Shown: in pieces, positions 30,701 through 39,974 of the stretch
Numbering within the stretch: position 1 is the stretch's first letter
Layout: every line of letters starts with the position of its first letter
From: a virus
DNA: 64,000 nucleotides
Virus record (IMG/VR): IMGVR_UViG_3300019487_000019
Span: 119,278 to 183,277 of that record
Direction: 5' to 3' (one strand)
Made by a program: the position numbers and the translations under genes
The notes under the pieces: generated by a model
What the model was told of the DNA's origin: nothing
Seen by the model: only the letters and a program-made list of their open reading frames with translations
The model's database searches: none

Positions 30701-33700
30701 TAATTTGGCAAGCATTCCGCGAACAATCTCATATTATGACGTCAAGCGTTATCCGTTTGTTGTGGATGTCCAAACAAATACAGCAACGATTTTCCAATAC
30801 AACATTCTAACAGCTCTGCCAATTGCAAAACTGTTTGAAGTTGAGGGTGATCATGTAACACAATTTACGGACGGGACCCAGTTTGATATCATCAACTCAT
30901 CAAGCAATGATGGTACCTATACGGTAAGTGGCTCGGCCGTTTACGATCCATCGACCAACAGGACTCGTATTACTGTCGAAGAGACGATCCCTTCAACAAA
31001 CACAGACGGAATTATCGATTTTCCAAATTCTATTCTACCGTGGGCTACGGGCCAGCTAGTTTTCGTTACCTCTTCACGGATTCTACCCGCCCCACTGGTA
31101 CAAAATCAACCTGTGTATCTAGTTGTTGTGAACGGTCGCCAGTTTCGAGTTTCAGACACACCAGTAGGTGCATCAATATTATCGCCCATTCTTGCTGTAG
31201 CAACAGGGCCGATGGGAGCATTCTCGATCGCAGGGAACCAAACAGCTTATTTCCCGAGCAGCACCGCGTTTGGTGTTGTTGGCTCGACTGGAAATGATGG
31301 AAACTACACCGTTTCAACGACTTTATTCGATGGAACCAATACTGTAATAATGGTGGCACAATCAGTGCCAAACGCAACTGTTGATGGTTCTATTCAGAAT
31401 GCTTCTTTCAAGTGGACAACCACTGGTAGTGGTGATTTGAATGTAGGTGAAGTTGATTCGTCATTCACGGTGTTTGGATCAGCGTCGCTTTCGAATGAGT
31501 TGTGGTATCATTTTGCCCTCGACAACACGAAAGTACGAACCTTTACACCACCTTATACAATCGCTGGTATTCAGCGAATGATTGATATTATCGACGGCTA
31601 TCAAGCTTATGAAAAAGACTTGGGAGTCTTGTATAATCTTGGCCTGGCAGGAGAAGTCGATCCTGAAACAGGTCGAGCAGTAAGTTGGCAACTAGAGATA
31701 GAGCGCTTCATTGATTGGGCATTCCGGTTGCGTCGTTCACGATTGTCGTTGAGTGATCGGTTTGGCTTTGTTGTCAACAGTCTTCCAAACGATGAACTGA
31801 TCTTTACAGGGCAAATTCCACAGTGGACATTGGGAACACAACTACTTGTTTCAACGACAGGAACGCTTCCTGATCCCTTGCAGGCAAATGTGCCTTACTT
31901 TTACGTTCCAACAGCAACACCAGGAATCTTTCAGCTTTCAACCTCGCGTCTGATCTCCCCGACAACGATTGTTGATCTTGTAGGTAATGGTAGTGGAACG
32001 TTGCTCATTGCACCATACAAACGTGCAACGAGTTTCCCGTCCATGGAATTGAATCCAGCACGCAATAATATTTGGATTGATACACCACAAGGTGTTCTAG
32101 CAAACGTCATTCAAGGTCCATATGCTGATATTCGCGTACAGCAGACGATTTTTGACCAGTATAGCCGTCCACTAACGCCAGACAAACTACTTGTCTATCG
32201 TCAAGACAAACAGAATCGTGTTTCGATTCGTGCTGCGATTCCAAACGATGTCGTTCCACCTGCAATTTCCTTGGCGGACCCATACAATTATATCCACATG
32301 GGTGGAGCACACTTCTTCCTTGAGGGATATGAACATATTGTCCTGTTTAACGACTACACGGTCGGTAATCAGATTATCTACGACCAATTCTTTGGTCTGC
32401 AAACACAGCGATTTGGGGTGGATTATTACGAAAAGAATGACTATACGTTGCGTCCGACCTTGGGCGGCTACTACTTGCTGAGCAATAAGTTCTACCGCAA
32501 CATTGAAGGTCAGACCACAGACATGCGGAAGTATTACGATACGTATGACCTAAATGAAAATACAGAAGTTGCGCGCCGTTCACGTAGTCTACTTGGCTAC
32601 CGCGCTGGACAAAGTTCATTCTTGGATCTGTTGAATACGAACTCGAAGACACAATTTGTCTTTTATCGTGGAATGATTCAAGCCAAAGGTTCGATTAATT
32701 CTGTCAAGGCCTATGTTAATTCACGACGCTTCGTGGACGCAAAGATTGATGAGTTTTGGGCGTGGAAACTGGCGGATTTTGGTGACTCGCGACCAAAAAT
32801 TTATCCAGAGATTAAGCTCCTGGCAACAGATGGTTTGCTAGATGATGTCCGGCTAGAATTCTTGACCGATAGTGAAGCAACTGATACCGAGGCTGTTGAG
32901 GCGGACGAAGCAAATGGCTTTCAAGTTGTTACTTTCAGCGACGAAGATCGATGGGTCGATGCTCCTGAACAGCGTGACTTGCTTGAAAATTCAATCTTGT
33001 TCTTGGATAGCGAAGTATCAACACTGACAAAAGTTTATGCATCATCTGTGATGCCACTGACAGCGCAAACAACGGTTGACTATTGGTACAATAAAACAAC
33101 GGAACAGCTTCTTGTGTGGAATGGAACATCGTGGGCGATAGCCGTAAATCCGTCAATCACTATTACCGAGGTGTCTGGTGACTTTTATATCAAAGTCCCA
33201 ACGTTCTGTGATACAGTTCGTGTGACACGACGTGTGCTAACGTCTTCTGGTGATCTGCGGTATTATACACCGGAATTCTTGACGGTTGAAAACATTCCTC
33301 GATCACCAATCAATCCTGATGATGATTTGTTGATGCAGCCATCGCTGCTGACCGAGCCACTTGGTAATGATGAGGTTGAGCGTACAAACTCCGAAATCAT
33401 TCGTATGAGCGGCACCGGTCTTGAAGGTATCTTGTACATCTTTACAATCAATCCGGCAAAGTCGAAGAACAGTCCAGCAAAGATTATCGACTACCAATCG
33501 GAAGTAGTCTTGTCAGATGTTCCGTTCTGGCATCCGGCTCGAGGTCATCATTCACCAATTGCAATTCATAACGTTGATTTGCAACACGCAACCGATCCGG
33601 CCCTGTACACAAATACGTTAAACCCTAATGATCTATCCGAACAGCCTTGGAATCAGGCAGAACAAAATACAGTATGGCTTGAGACAAATTCACTTGGTTA

Positions 33701-35774
33701 TGTGCCGTATTACGACGATATTCTGTTCCCAAACATCAATGACAGGCTTGTTTCTTGGGGCCGTTTGGCAGACTGGAGTGAGGTACGCGTCTACCAATGG
33801 GTTGAGACCGATTTGACCCCTGAAGAATATACAGTAGCGGCCGCCGATCAGGTTGGTGATGACACAATTGCATCCAATACCAAGACAACGGGCACTCCGA
33901 AACTAATGTCTTTCCGTCGTGAGCGTACGCCGCTGAGTGCCACACCGACGGTTGGTACACAGGATCTTGTTGTTGCAAATACATTTGATGTTGGTAATCA
34001 GGTTTTGTTGACGACCAGTGGTTCACTTGTCATTTCTCAAGCAGGTGTTTTTGTAAATACAGAATTGTTTGGTGCACTTCAATCATCGATGACGGCAATT
34101 ATTTCTTTGACTAACGTTGCTGGGACGCTTGATGAGCCAAGTACAGCAACTGCGACAATTTATGACACACCGACTGTTCAGCCAAATACAGCGACGGGCT
34201 TGGTTGCCGGCACGTATGGTTTCAAGGTGAACTTAAACGGCGCAGGTGCAATTGAATACGCCGTCATCATCCCAGGTCCAACAACGACTATTGAAGAGTT
34301 GGCAACCCTGATGAATACAGCTTTGCTGGGTGTGGGTACAGTCGAAGCACAGAACAATGCCATCATCATTACATCTTTGCCACTTGAATTGCCAACAACA
34401 CTAACAACAGTTTTGGCAACGGGAACAAAATATTTCGTCGTGTTTGGCACAACAACTAGCGCTCTTCGCTTGAGTGATACCGCAACTGGAACATCGTTCA
34501 CATACACAACGGCAGGTATTGGTAATCTACAAGTCGTGCCAGTATTTGTTGCTGAAGACTGGGTACGGAAGCCGGTTGTATCACAGAAAATCCTTCCAAC
34601 CATTGAGGGCTATCCCCTATCAAACCCAACCTTTACGCTTGATGGGGCACTGTTTGCGGAGAATGATGTTGTGAATGTATATGTTAATGGTACATTGGCA
34701 GACGAAGGCCTAATTATTGATAGTTCGTTGCAGATCGTAACAGAACTTGGTTTAACGGTCGCTGATATCGTTGTCGTCGCTCGTCCAGTTCCAGTATTAA
34801 CACCAGAGCAACTCGCCTTCGACCCAGACACCGAAGACGATGGAACAATTAACGTCCAATATAAGGAATCGACCGAGTTTACAGTACGTGCTATCACAAT
34901 TGATGGCACAGATCGAACATTGTACTATTTTTGGGTTGAGAATCGATTGAATCGTGAAATCGGTGTGCAGAACAACTTGGCACCAATCCTTGTTGGCCAA
35001 CAACTGACAAGCATTCCAACGCCTTACTTGGTAGTTCAGCGCCCACAAGACGATCCGTACCTTGCAGAGCGCTTTGGTTATGGTATTATCTACGATAGCT
35101 CTTACAGCGTGCCGTGGATCTATGATCAGTTTCCGGCCGTTCCCGTCTTTTATCGTCAGGCTATTTTGCGTCGAGCTGCTGACTATATCACAACCGATGA
35201 TCGTTATGAAGTTCGATTTACACGTGATTTTACGCTTCGAGACACATTGGAGGACCGCGTCAATCTGAAAGATACACACCAGGAATGGTTATTGATTCGT
35301 CGGTCACAGGGATCGAATATTGACCGAACGCTGTGGGATCGTTTGACAGAGGCCCTGATTGGATACAAACTAACTGATCCAAGCATCCTCGTCCCATCAC
35401 TCGAGCGTACTTTGTACGACGAAGTCGCGGGAACGGACACACAATACGGCTTGGATGAGAAGCAAGCAATGACGTCAGGAACACTGTCACTCGACACGGT
35501 TCTCACCTATTTGGAAGACCCGAATAACGATTTCTATCCAATTGACATCAATTCATTCTTTGCAACGTATTCCTTTGATACACCGGCAAATATTGCGACG
35601 GCAATGGATGCGATATATAACACATTTAACTCATTGCACGTCAACAATATCTGGTTTAACTGCCTAGAAGATGGCTTCTCGGTGAAATCTAAATATAAAG
35701 AGTTCTTCAAGACGTCATGGGTAGCACTGCATGGTATTCGTGTGCTTGAAATTGCAGGTATTTTTGATGACTAG
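24720..35774 (+). CDS. giant 3684-aa baseplate wedge/virion structural protein (gp7-like position)
   Basis: Follows gp6; own late promoter; repeated beta modules; YPHLEPW and FYRGMIQAKGS motifs. Confidence 0.7.
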   Translation: MSNSDADDKPRTNIFEMLPNVLRSDTNEAVFENVFNKFLTKDDTSHIAGYIGQSNPTSLTKRQLPEPTPQLQAFQLQPTLYTKVGSSEYVLPFKSFQKQSELMGIDFTRMQEWGNALQFNWVPPVNFDMLVNYADYFWFSGDLLDRPQYLTIESRCNKQQGILAAYNKLVAAFGDLFPIIEINVAENSVTISGQYTTLFIEGFRVWIKGTSDINIRNQFFTVLTSTYNLSTQTTLVVGVNAPAQEWTITGNFLSVLTPGAVFNITGNTGGADGTYTVAAATFDGMNTIIMVNETIPLSATPTGTCTIPLNVCAGETLPPQTTIFFDPDVSPIAIRSPTAPPASVVGRYWVDTDDNSVYCWSGLAWIPCSPIASGTLSLQELHSILRRDTNCVCYGDYGWDLALWDDSPPGWEAFLTPLSQPTQAAWITMNGTPVPLDLWLDTTNDILFQLAPAVYTITDVVPGSSLWVVGGDQTAAFTAGTNFAVVGNTGIGTAGFTVVSSVYVPVDLETQITVSEVIPGTATNDGSAYVWIPIIIDWTVFVGDMLVGDVLWDLATSCFNALQEPNQWTQQNKWVHKSHLTSFAGVRRAQIPIIEYDSRAELNSWTKINHVWKYRPVSSGSFETVSAPPQRFELEPIRGWLAVEDPPASSTWYLYLFDENMTQARDYDYTQEFVPDFRFLVRDNAFLNQLLTVDYSVHREALPTDPSAVQGYMITVVKLQDTGPAIDAFFALNPSGGTATNKRLEPQATSRGDTWRGYHVHWVLSQADETTQAAASQTENPVLARAVNEGDPWAFATQTSVGPTIVGDYFQEITPTTAVSTIQLDASFRFAPITEFVVVGVIPGPGGIWTISGNYASLFSINQSFVIPNNTGGGDGIYTVASVANAGPNTAITVNETIPPLADASGTIETGRLLFALAGQDQLRVFVDNIQQYGTYTEQTATGSPDYTAIGTTTTTLASFTYVTGIVFDAPLAQYAVVRIEVGSASLRDMGLQYVPVRTIENEATFLVAALAGTQPVYLGMNVYGETNQTKRVLNQYPLFNVYDTCTSEVIKASPLFAFKEDPTQPINGAVQRRIIVEDGGREYTFEQFLLEQDDGVIYSYRLFDGRVQLNDYWFNTANNTLKKWNGRTWQEVVVLQDTNDRLTVHRPFVGTTPPTYLVSVVGSVWYDTSAKVVRESNGVAWADVAWPEYDNPFSSTTPVGLFIEGTDPTLTTIWRSVPQYTHNTSGPPSTWTGGVYIPEWVDGDRNVLPVGDPNGDWEIPDQWRLNAEHHNKAVVKYSEIVTHFRSVLAAQPNVFGFLGGGANVRTQAEYDYSLGGIMKEHNDSYDTLLSAVNEIALTPLTVIEFAEDQYANLLLTIKELYQKNLLSYLAITSTASIIDQASFITTSVIGVYEGNDFYGQVYVDTSAFDGVNGIRHWISTIPMFGFGFKTIPYVNIDADLGIYELVHHDGHRSHIEFTVGEEDSYARLLVNLPDPRVFNDTLGKLSSSAPPATMTAFLTAFGVERGGVYWYRTSGPRALYRFNIIGATPTAPSLIGLPDGVYYWDTALTQLFITSGGLWVAVGLPGVISPAWQQVDMRELLTDVLLEVENRLYAVTPVYDELVFDFDSLTPTVSEQAYFDEYTEEQFMAFVNERHIRAPFENVGYTPTNAFTWNYINSTITTPPTGAISPDRAASWQELYTRWYGTPYPHLEPWKLQGYTDKPSWWDAEYLDLSGTRRWIYNHSTTTGMWENIRVGLVPLPYDLPDGTPSTAVPGEVRTYNYFSVNIADTTIAGNFNPDDLLPPYYSTVSIVVRSLFTSLAAEIVAPGANYVYGDGGPVEWLWTVSGEHVYDPLVIAFRMQPVRFLHYTFGPQFTRVNNLQVETALCQIYSHEDVLFHGDLYTGDQSYLVRGLNQWYVNYNRYVGYDTNKEFRVLWAQWDPLLAYQFSGIIDTSTFEITNKYYDVVAQDYNIVLANIGVIKDMWMDAFEVTVLNIPPAIVQYNNESSWRLELDNLASIPRTISYYDVKRYPFVVDVQTNTATIFQYNILTALPIAKLFEVEGDHVTQFTDGTQFDIINSSSNDGTYTVSGSAVYDPSTNRTRITVEETIPSTNTDGIIDFPNSILPWATGQLVFVTSSRILPAPLVQNQPVYLVVVNGRQFRVSDTPVGASILSPILAVATGPMGAFSIAGNQTAYFPSSTAFGVVGSTGNDGNYTVSTTLFDGTNTVIMVAQSVPNATVDGSIQNASFKWTTTGSGDLNVGEVDSSFTVFGSASLSNELWYHFALDNTKVRTFTPPYTIAGIQRMIDIIDGYQAYEKDLGVLYNLGLAGEVDPETGRAVSWQLEIERFIDWAFRLRRSRLSLSDRFGFVVNSLPNDELIFTGQIPQWTLGTQLLVSTTGTLPDPLQANVPYFYVPTATPGIFQLSTSRLISPTTIVDLVGNGSGTLLIAPYKRATSFPSMELNPARNNIWIDTPQGVLANVIQGPYADIRVQQTIFDQYSRPLTPDKLLVYRQDKQNRVSIRAAIPNDVVPPAISLADPYNYIHMGGAHFFLEGYEHIVLFNDYTVGNQIIYDQFFGLQTQRFGVDYYEKNDYTLRPTLGGYYLLSNKFYRNIEGQTTDMRKYYDTYDLNENTEVARRSRSLLGYRAGQSSFLDLLNTNSKTQFVFYRGMIQAKGSINSVKAYVNSRRFVDAKIDEFWAWKLADFGDSRPKIYPEIKLLATDGLLDDVRLEFLTDSEATDTEAVEADEANGFQVVTFSDEDRWVDAPEQRDLLENSILFLDSEVSTLTKVYASSVMPLTAQTTVDYWYNKTTEQLLVWNGTSWAIAVNPSITITEVSGDFYIKVPTFCDTVRVTRRVLTSSGDLRYYTPEFLTVENIPRSPINPDDDLLMQPSLLTEPLGNDEVERTNSEIIRMSGTGLEGILYIFTINPAKSKNSPAKIIDYQSEVVLSDVPFWHPARGHHSPIAIHNVDLQHATDPALYTNTLNPNDLSEQPWNQAEQNTVWLETNSLGYVPYYDDILFPNINDRLVSWGRLADWSEVRVYQWVETDLTPEEYTVAAADQVGDDTIASNTKTTGTPKLMSFRRERTPLSATPTVGTQDLVVANTFDVGNQVLLTTSGSLVISQAGVFVNTELFGALQSSMTAIISLTNVAGTLDEPSTATATIYDTPTVQPNTATGLVAGTYGFKVNLNGAGAIEYAVIIPGPTTTIEELATLMNTALLGVGTVEAQNNAIIITSLPLELPTTLTTVLATGTKYFVVFGTTTSALRLSDTATGTSFTYTTAGIGNLQVVPVFVAEDWVRKPVVSQKILPTIEGYPLSNPTFTLDGALFAENDVVNVYVNGTLADEGLIIDSSLQIVTELGLTVADIVVVARPVPVLTPEQLAFDPDTEDDGTINVQYKESTEFTVRAITIDGTDRTLYYFWVENRLNREIGVQNNLAPILVGQQLTSIPTPYLVVQRPQDDPYLAERFGYGIIYDSSYSVPWIYDQFPAVPVFYRQAILRRAADYITTDDRYEVRFTRDFTLRDTLEDRVNLKDTHQEWLLIRRSQGSNIDRTLWDRLTEALIGYKLTDPSILVPSLERTLYDEVAGTDTQYGLDEKQAMTSGTLSLDTVLTYLEDPNNDFYPIDINSFFATYSFDTPANIATAMDAIYNTFNSLHVNNIWFNCLEDGFSVKSKYKEFFKTSWVALHGIRVLEIAGIFDD

Positions 35775-35819
35775 AGCCATAAATACACACGCAATATAAA
35801 TACACAAACAGGGGAACCT

Positions 35820-36740
35820 ATGGGTAAAAAATTAACAACAGAGCAATTTATCGCTCGAGTTAAACAAAAGCACGGCAACCGCTATAACTATTCTTCAACG
35901 GTGTATACAGGAGCTGATGACAAGGTAACTATTGAATGTCCTACTCACGGTAAATTTTTTCAAAGAGCAATAGATCACACAAGCGGTCGTGGGTGTGCCT
36001 TATGTAATGAAAGGCAACCCTTGACAAAGGAGCTGTTTGCTCACCGTGCGAATGAGAGGCACAATAATAAGTATTTGTATGATCGGGTTGTTTATAAAAA
36101 TGTAACAACAAAGGTTAGGATTATTTGTCCAGAGCATGGTGTTTTCAAACAAACACCAACCGATCACCTACATGGTGGGTATGGTTGTCCTGTCTGCGGC
36201 GGAACCAGGAAACGAACGACAAAAGAGTTTATCAAACAGGCCAAGCAAGTTCATGGCACTTATTATGATTATTCATGCACAGCTCTTTGTGGTATGAACA
36301 GTAAAGTTAGGATTATTTGTAAAGAGCACGGAGACTTTTTTCAGCGAGCGGCTGACCATATCAACGGTGTTGGCTGTTCGGTGTGTGGAATTCGTAAACA
36401 AGGTGGTTATACGGAGGAGTATTTTCGAAATCATCCCCAAGAATGTGAATTATCAGCACAATTATACCTTATTCAGGTAAAAGATCAATTTTGTAAACTG
36501 GGAATTACAAAGAAAAAATATGTCAAACAACGGTTTCCGGGTTTGAATTTTCAAGTTGTTACTTCTACACAAATGACGTTGTATGAAGCCTATCAACATG
36601 AACAAACGTTGCTTCAAAAGTATAAGAAGCAGCGTTACAAGACAAAAACTTTGACCGAAATAGGATATACTGGTTGGACAGAGTGCTTTCCATTGTCGCT
36701 CCTTTCTACACTGAAAACAGAAATTGAAAAGGCCAACTGA
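35820..36740 (+). mobile_element. free-standing homing endonuclease-like gene (3 Zn-ribbon repeats plus GIY-YIG/T5orf172-like C-terminus)
   Basis: Three C-x2-HG-x-F-x-Q-x4-H-x2-G-x(1-2)-GC-x2-C repeats; LYLI..KLGIT..EQ..GWTECF; own TATAAATA promoter. Confidence 0.75.
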
Positions 36741-36741
36741 T

Positions 36742-37854
36742 ATGGCAACTCGTTTAACACAAGCTCTATTCCGCGTCGACCCGACCGAAGGCTTCGTTCA
36801 GTACGTGCAAACGATTAAGCCGTACCACACAAAGATTCTTGAAGCGCTGGTTGAGTTTGTGTGGACAGAGGCCGTCAACGTTTCCGTTTGTGAGGCGTGG
36901 AGGTGGGATATGGTCTTCTCCCGCCCAATGCCGGAAGTTGTTTATGACTGCGGCTATGGCATCATTTGGGATGCTCCAACGGGATTTGCGCATACTGCCT
37001 TTACCATTAAGGGAGTCATTACAGGCGCAGGATCGTGGACAGTTGACGGTGATCGAACAGCTGCGTTTCAGCCGAATACATTGTTTGTTGTTGGACGAAA
37101 CGTTGGAGGGGGTAGTGGTTGGTATCGTGTGAGTGGCCTGGGGTCGACATATAATGCTGGCCCAAACACAACAACAATTCCGATTGATACAACCGTTCCT
37201 GTTCCACCGAATTTCTGGTTGACATCAATTATTGCAACGGCAACACCACATGGTATTGCATACGTATTCGATACAGACAAGGAATTGATTCTCGATAGTA
37301 ATTCAGTCAATAATTCATTTCTTGTTCAAGGAAATCAGCTTGAAAAATTCTTTGAGGGCGTCTTTATCAAAGTTGATAACTCGTATCTTAGTAAGAATAA
37401 TGGTTCCTACATCGTTCATGCGTCGTTTGCAGAGGGACTAAACACACGAGTATACGTCAAGCAAATGGTACCAGCGTCAAAGCCGCTCGCAAATCCATTT
37501 GATGGTCGTATGTATCTGCATATTGAAGGTTATGACGAACCAGCTTACTGCCGCTTATTGCAAGCTCCAGATTTGCATGCAGATACATTTATTCACGAAC
37601 ACATTCGTTTTGAGATTGTTACTTCGCCCCGAGATGAAATTACTGGGATGCAGGTTCTTGAAAACGAACCTCGAGGATATGGTGTTTCACCGTATGGAGA
37701 CAGTTATGGAACGGGCCAAAATGGTCATCCATACACAGCACCAACAACAGGCATCACACTACTTCCAACAGGCTTTGATGGTCAGGCTTTTAATATGGGA
37801 GGTTTTGACGAAACTGTTCAAACTGTCCGCCACTTCTACGGCCTTACGGTGTGA
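36742..37854 (+). CDS. virion structural protein, related to the upstream giant protein
   Basis: YVQTIKPYHTKI motif; two copies of the beta module repeated in the 3684-aa ORF. Confidence 0.7.
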   Translation: MATRLTQALFRVDPTEGFVQYVQTIKPYHTKILEALVEFVWTEAVNVSVCEAWRWDMVFSRPMPEVVYDCGYGIIWDAPTGFAHTAFTIKGVITGAGSWTVDGDRTAAFQPNTLFVVGRNVGGGSGWYRVSGLGSTYNAGPNTTTIPIDTTVPVPPNFWLTSIIATATPHGIAYVFDTDKELILDSNSVNNSFLVQGNQLEKFFEGVFIKVDNSYLSKNNGSYIVHASFAEGLNTRVYVKQMVPASKPLANPFDGRMYLHIEGYDEPAYCRLLQAPDLHADTFIHEHIRFEIVTSPRDEITGMQVLENEPRGYGVSPYGDSYGTGQNGHPYTAPTTGITLLPTGFDGQAFNMGGFDETVQTVRHFYGLTV

Positions 37855-37877
37855 TAAATACACTGGGAGAACCAAAT

Positions 37878-38102
37878 ATGGACCTATACAAAACAACAGA
37901 TATCGTGCTCGCCGCCTTTTTGAAGATCCGTGGCTGTGAGATGACGGGGATTGAAAAACAGGGGCAAAAGGGTACATTCGTTTTTGCTAATGTTGACCCC
38001 GAGTTAGTTCATGAATATGACCTTGGTAAAGCTAGGGTAGAACCTGTCGCGCTCAACAATGCGATCAAACAGCTTACAACGAGCGTCAAGAGGATGGACT
38101 AA
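37878..38102 (+). CDS. small conserved phage protein (DUF5659-like)
   Basis: YKTTDIVLAAFL...FVF pattern; GGGAG RBS; late promoter. Confidence 0.6.
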   Translation: MDLYKTTDIVLAAFLKIRGCEMTGIEKQGQKGTFVFANVDPELVHEYDLGKARVEPVALNNAIKQLTTSVKRMD

Positions 38103-38134
38103 CCGATAAATATGCAAGCCAACAGGAGAATTTG

Positions 38135-39352
38135 ATGCGCGTGTTCCTACCAATTGAAGTCGATGGTCATTTGAAAGCCGTAGATGATCTCGGCAATGTT
38201 CTTGTCGACAAGCACAATGCTGTTCATCCACAAAACCTTGCTCGTGTCTTTGCTCGTTCGCTTGCAAACGAGCACAACTATTTTATCAATCGAGTGGCGT
38301 TTGGTAATGGTGGTACGATCGTTGATGCAGCGTTTACCGTCACGTATAAAACACCTAATGATGGACAACCACCGGATATTTCAACGTGGGATAGTCGAAT
38401 CTACAACGAAACGTATAGTGAAATTGTTGACGAAGGTCAAGTTATTCTAAACCCAGATCTCGGAACTGATCCGGGATCAGCGGATTTAAATACAGGAACA
38501 CGTCCGGGTGGCGGTGCAGTTCCGTCAAGCGATCCACCGTCGATACCACACGTTTCTGGACCCGGCGTTCGAAGTAACGAACTGGGCCTTACATCTGAAG
38601 TCATTATTACGTGCGTTCTGAACGAAGACGAACCACTAGCTCAATTCAGTTCAGACTCAAATCCACCAACGGAGAACACCGAAGAAGAATTTGTTTTTGA
38701 TGAAATTGGTCTTTACACTTCGGGTGGCGCCGCCATTGCAACAAGTGGTTATCAATACATCAATGTTGGCAATCGTGTATCGACGGACGATAGCGGCCTG
38801 GTACCTGGTACAGCATACAGCTTCAATATTGCTGTGGATGGCGGCTTGCCGGTCGTAATTAGTTTTACGACACCAGCCTCGGGTGGATCTGGCACCGGCG
38901 GCGAGATTCTGTATGGGGATTTGTGTGAGGCTATTAACACGGGTGATGTTTTGTGGCTCATGACGGGAGTTTCCCCACTACCAGGTGGAGCTGTAATGAC
39001 AATTACCGACTACACGGGTGGCACGTTTCCATCGATTGCAGGTGTGCAGACGTTTGGTTTCATTCGATTTGAAAGTGCAACAACAGGCACAACGTCATCG
39101 ATCAACTTGGCCGGTGCAAACACAACAGCATTCCTTCCATCGCTAAATCCACCGATTGGCGGTACGTTGGAAACAGCTGTTTCTGGTTCAGCAGCAGGTG
39201 TTCAGAACAATCCAATTGCACCAACATTGGAGCGTGAACGTTTGTTGGCTCACTTGATCTTCTCACCTGTCTTGAAGGCAGCAAATCGAGTTATTACGAT
39301 TACGTATACGCTGACCATCTCTGTCGCACGTACACCACCGATTACATCTTAA
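38135..39352 (+). CDS. baseplate/tail-collar-like structural protein
   Basis: LVDKHNAVH, FDEIGLY, LAHLIFSPVLKAANRVITITYTLTI. Confidence 0.65.
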   Translation: MRVFLPIEVDGHLKAVDDLGNVLVDKHNAVHPQNLARVFARSLANEHNYFINRVAFGNGGTIVDAAFTVTYKTPNDGQPPDISTWDSRIYNETYSEIVDEGQVILNPDLGTDPGSADLNTGTRPGGGAVPSSDPPSIPHVSGPGVRSNELGLTSEVIITCVLNEDEPLAQFSSDSNPPTENTEEEFVFDEIGLYTSGGAAIATSGYQYINVGNRVSTDDSGLVPGTAYSFNIAVDGGLPVVISFTTPASGGSGTGGEILYGDLCEAINTGDVLWLMTGVSPLPGGAVMTITDYTGGTFPSIAGVQTFGFIRFESATTGTTSSINLAGANTTAFLPSLNPPIGGTLETAVSGSAAGVQNNPIAPTLERERLLAHLIFSPVLKAANRVITITYTLTISVARTPPITS

Positions 39353-39424
39353 CTAAGGAAATTAAGCCATGACCAAGTCAGCGATGGGACCTGGGCCGCT
39401 GCCGGATCTCTGAGATTGCAGTTG

Positions 39425-39787
39425 CTAAGCAACTAGCCGGGGGTAAGTATAATCAACTTTACCAACCGTATGCGCATCGACGAGCTCCTTTAGAGGATGT
39501 GTTCTTAGGATAAGATTATCGGTTTCTTCTGCAATGTGTTGATGAGCAAAGTCGTAGGAAAGTCCAGATTCAACATGAAATCGAAAGCATCTTTCCTTCC
39601 AGTCTTCGAGACACTGTTGCGTTTCTTCAGCTGTAAGAAAGACTTCGTCAAGAAAAATTGCACATTCGGTCGACGGAATATATCGACGGATTCCGTTCGG
39701 GAAGTGTGTGTTGTATGTCAGAAAATAGACATTACCAGTGGCTATTAGTCGATCTATCGACCACCAAGCGAGTTCATTCAGTTTCAT
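39425..39787 (-). CDS. hypothetical protein
   Basis: MKLNEL start overlapping the upstream ORF. Confidence 0.5.
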   Translation of the reverse strand: MKLNELAWWSIDRLIATGNVYFLTYNTHFPNGIRRYIPSTECAIFLDEVFLTAEETQQCLEDWKERCFRFHVESGLSYDFAHQHIAEETDNLILRTHPLKELVDAHTVGKVDYTYPRLVA

Positions 39788-39974
39788 TGAGTTTGGTCTC
39801 AACAGCAGAAACCCACTTGGCCTTTTCTGGGTCGTGGCAATCAGGCTGATTCATTTCGATATCAGCCTGATATGCGACTTTGAGGAGGTGTTGGAAGTCA
39901 ACCCAGCGCTGTGGTGTCCAAACGTCTAGCGGTAGACTTCGCCCGAAGTCATAGACAACACTTACTGTACACAT
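39774..39974 (-). CDS. hypothetical protein
   Basis: TAATG coupling to the upstream ORF; MCTVS...QPDC. Confidence 0.6.
   Translation of the reverse strand: MCTVSVVYDFGRSLPLDVWTPQRWVDFQHLLKVAYQADIEMNQPDCHDPEKAKWVSAVETKLNETE

Noticed and set aside
35775-36741. Group I intron around the endonuclease
   Set aside because: Only 45 nt upstream and 1 nt downstream are non-coding; no ribozyme core recognised
39353-39424. Short GC-rich gap between convergent genes
   Set aside because: No convincing hairpin, and only a 14-codon ORF without support
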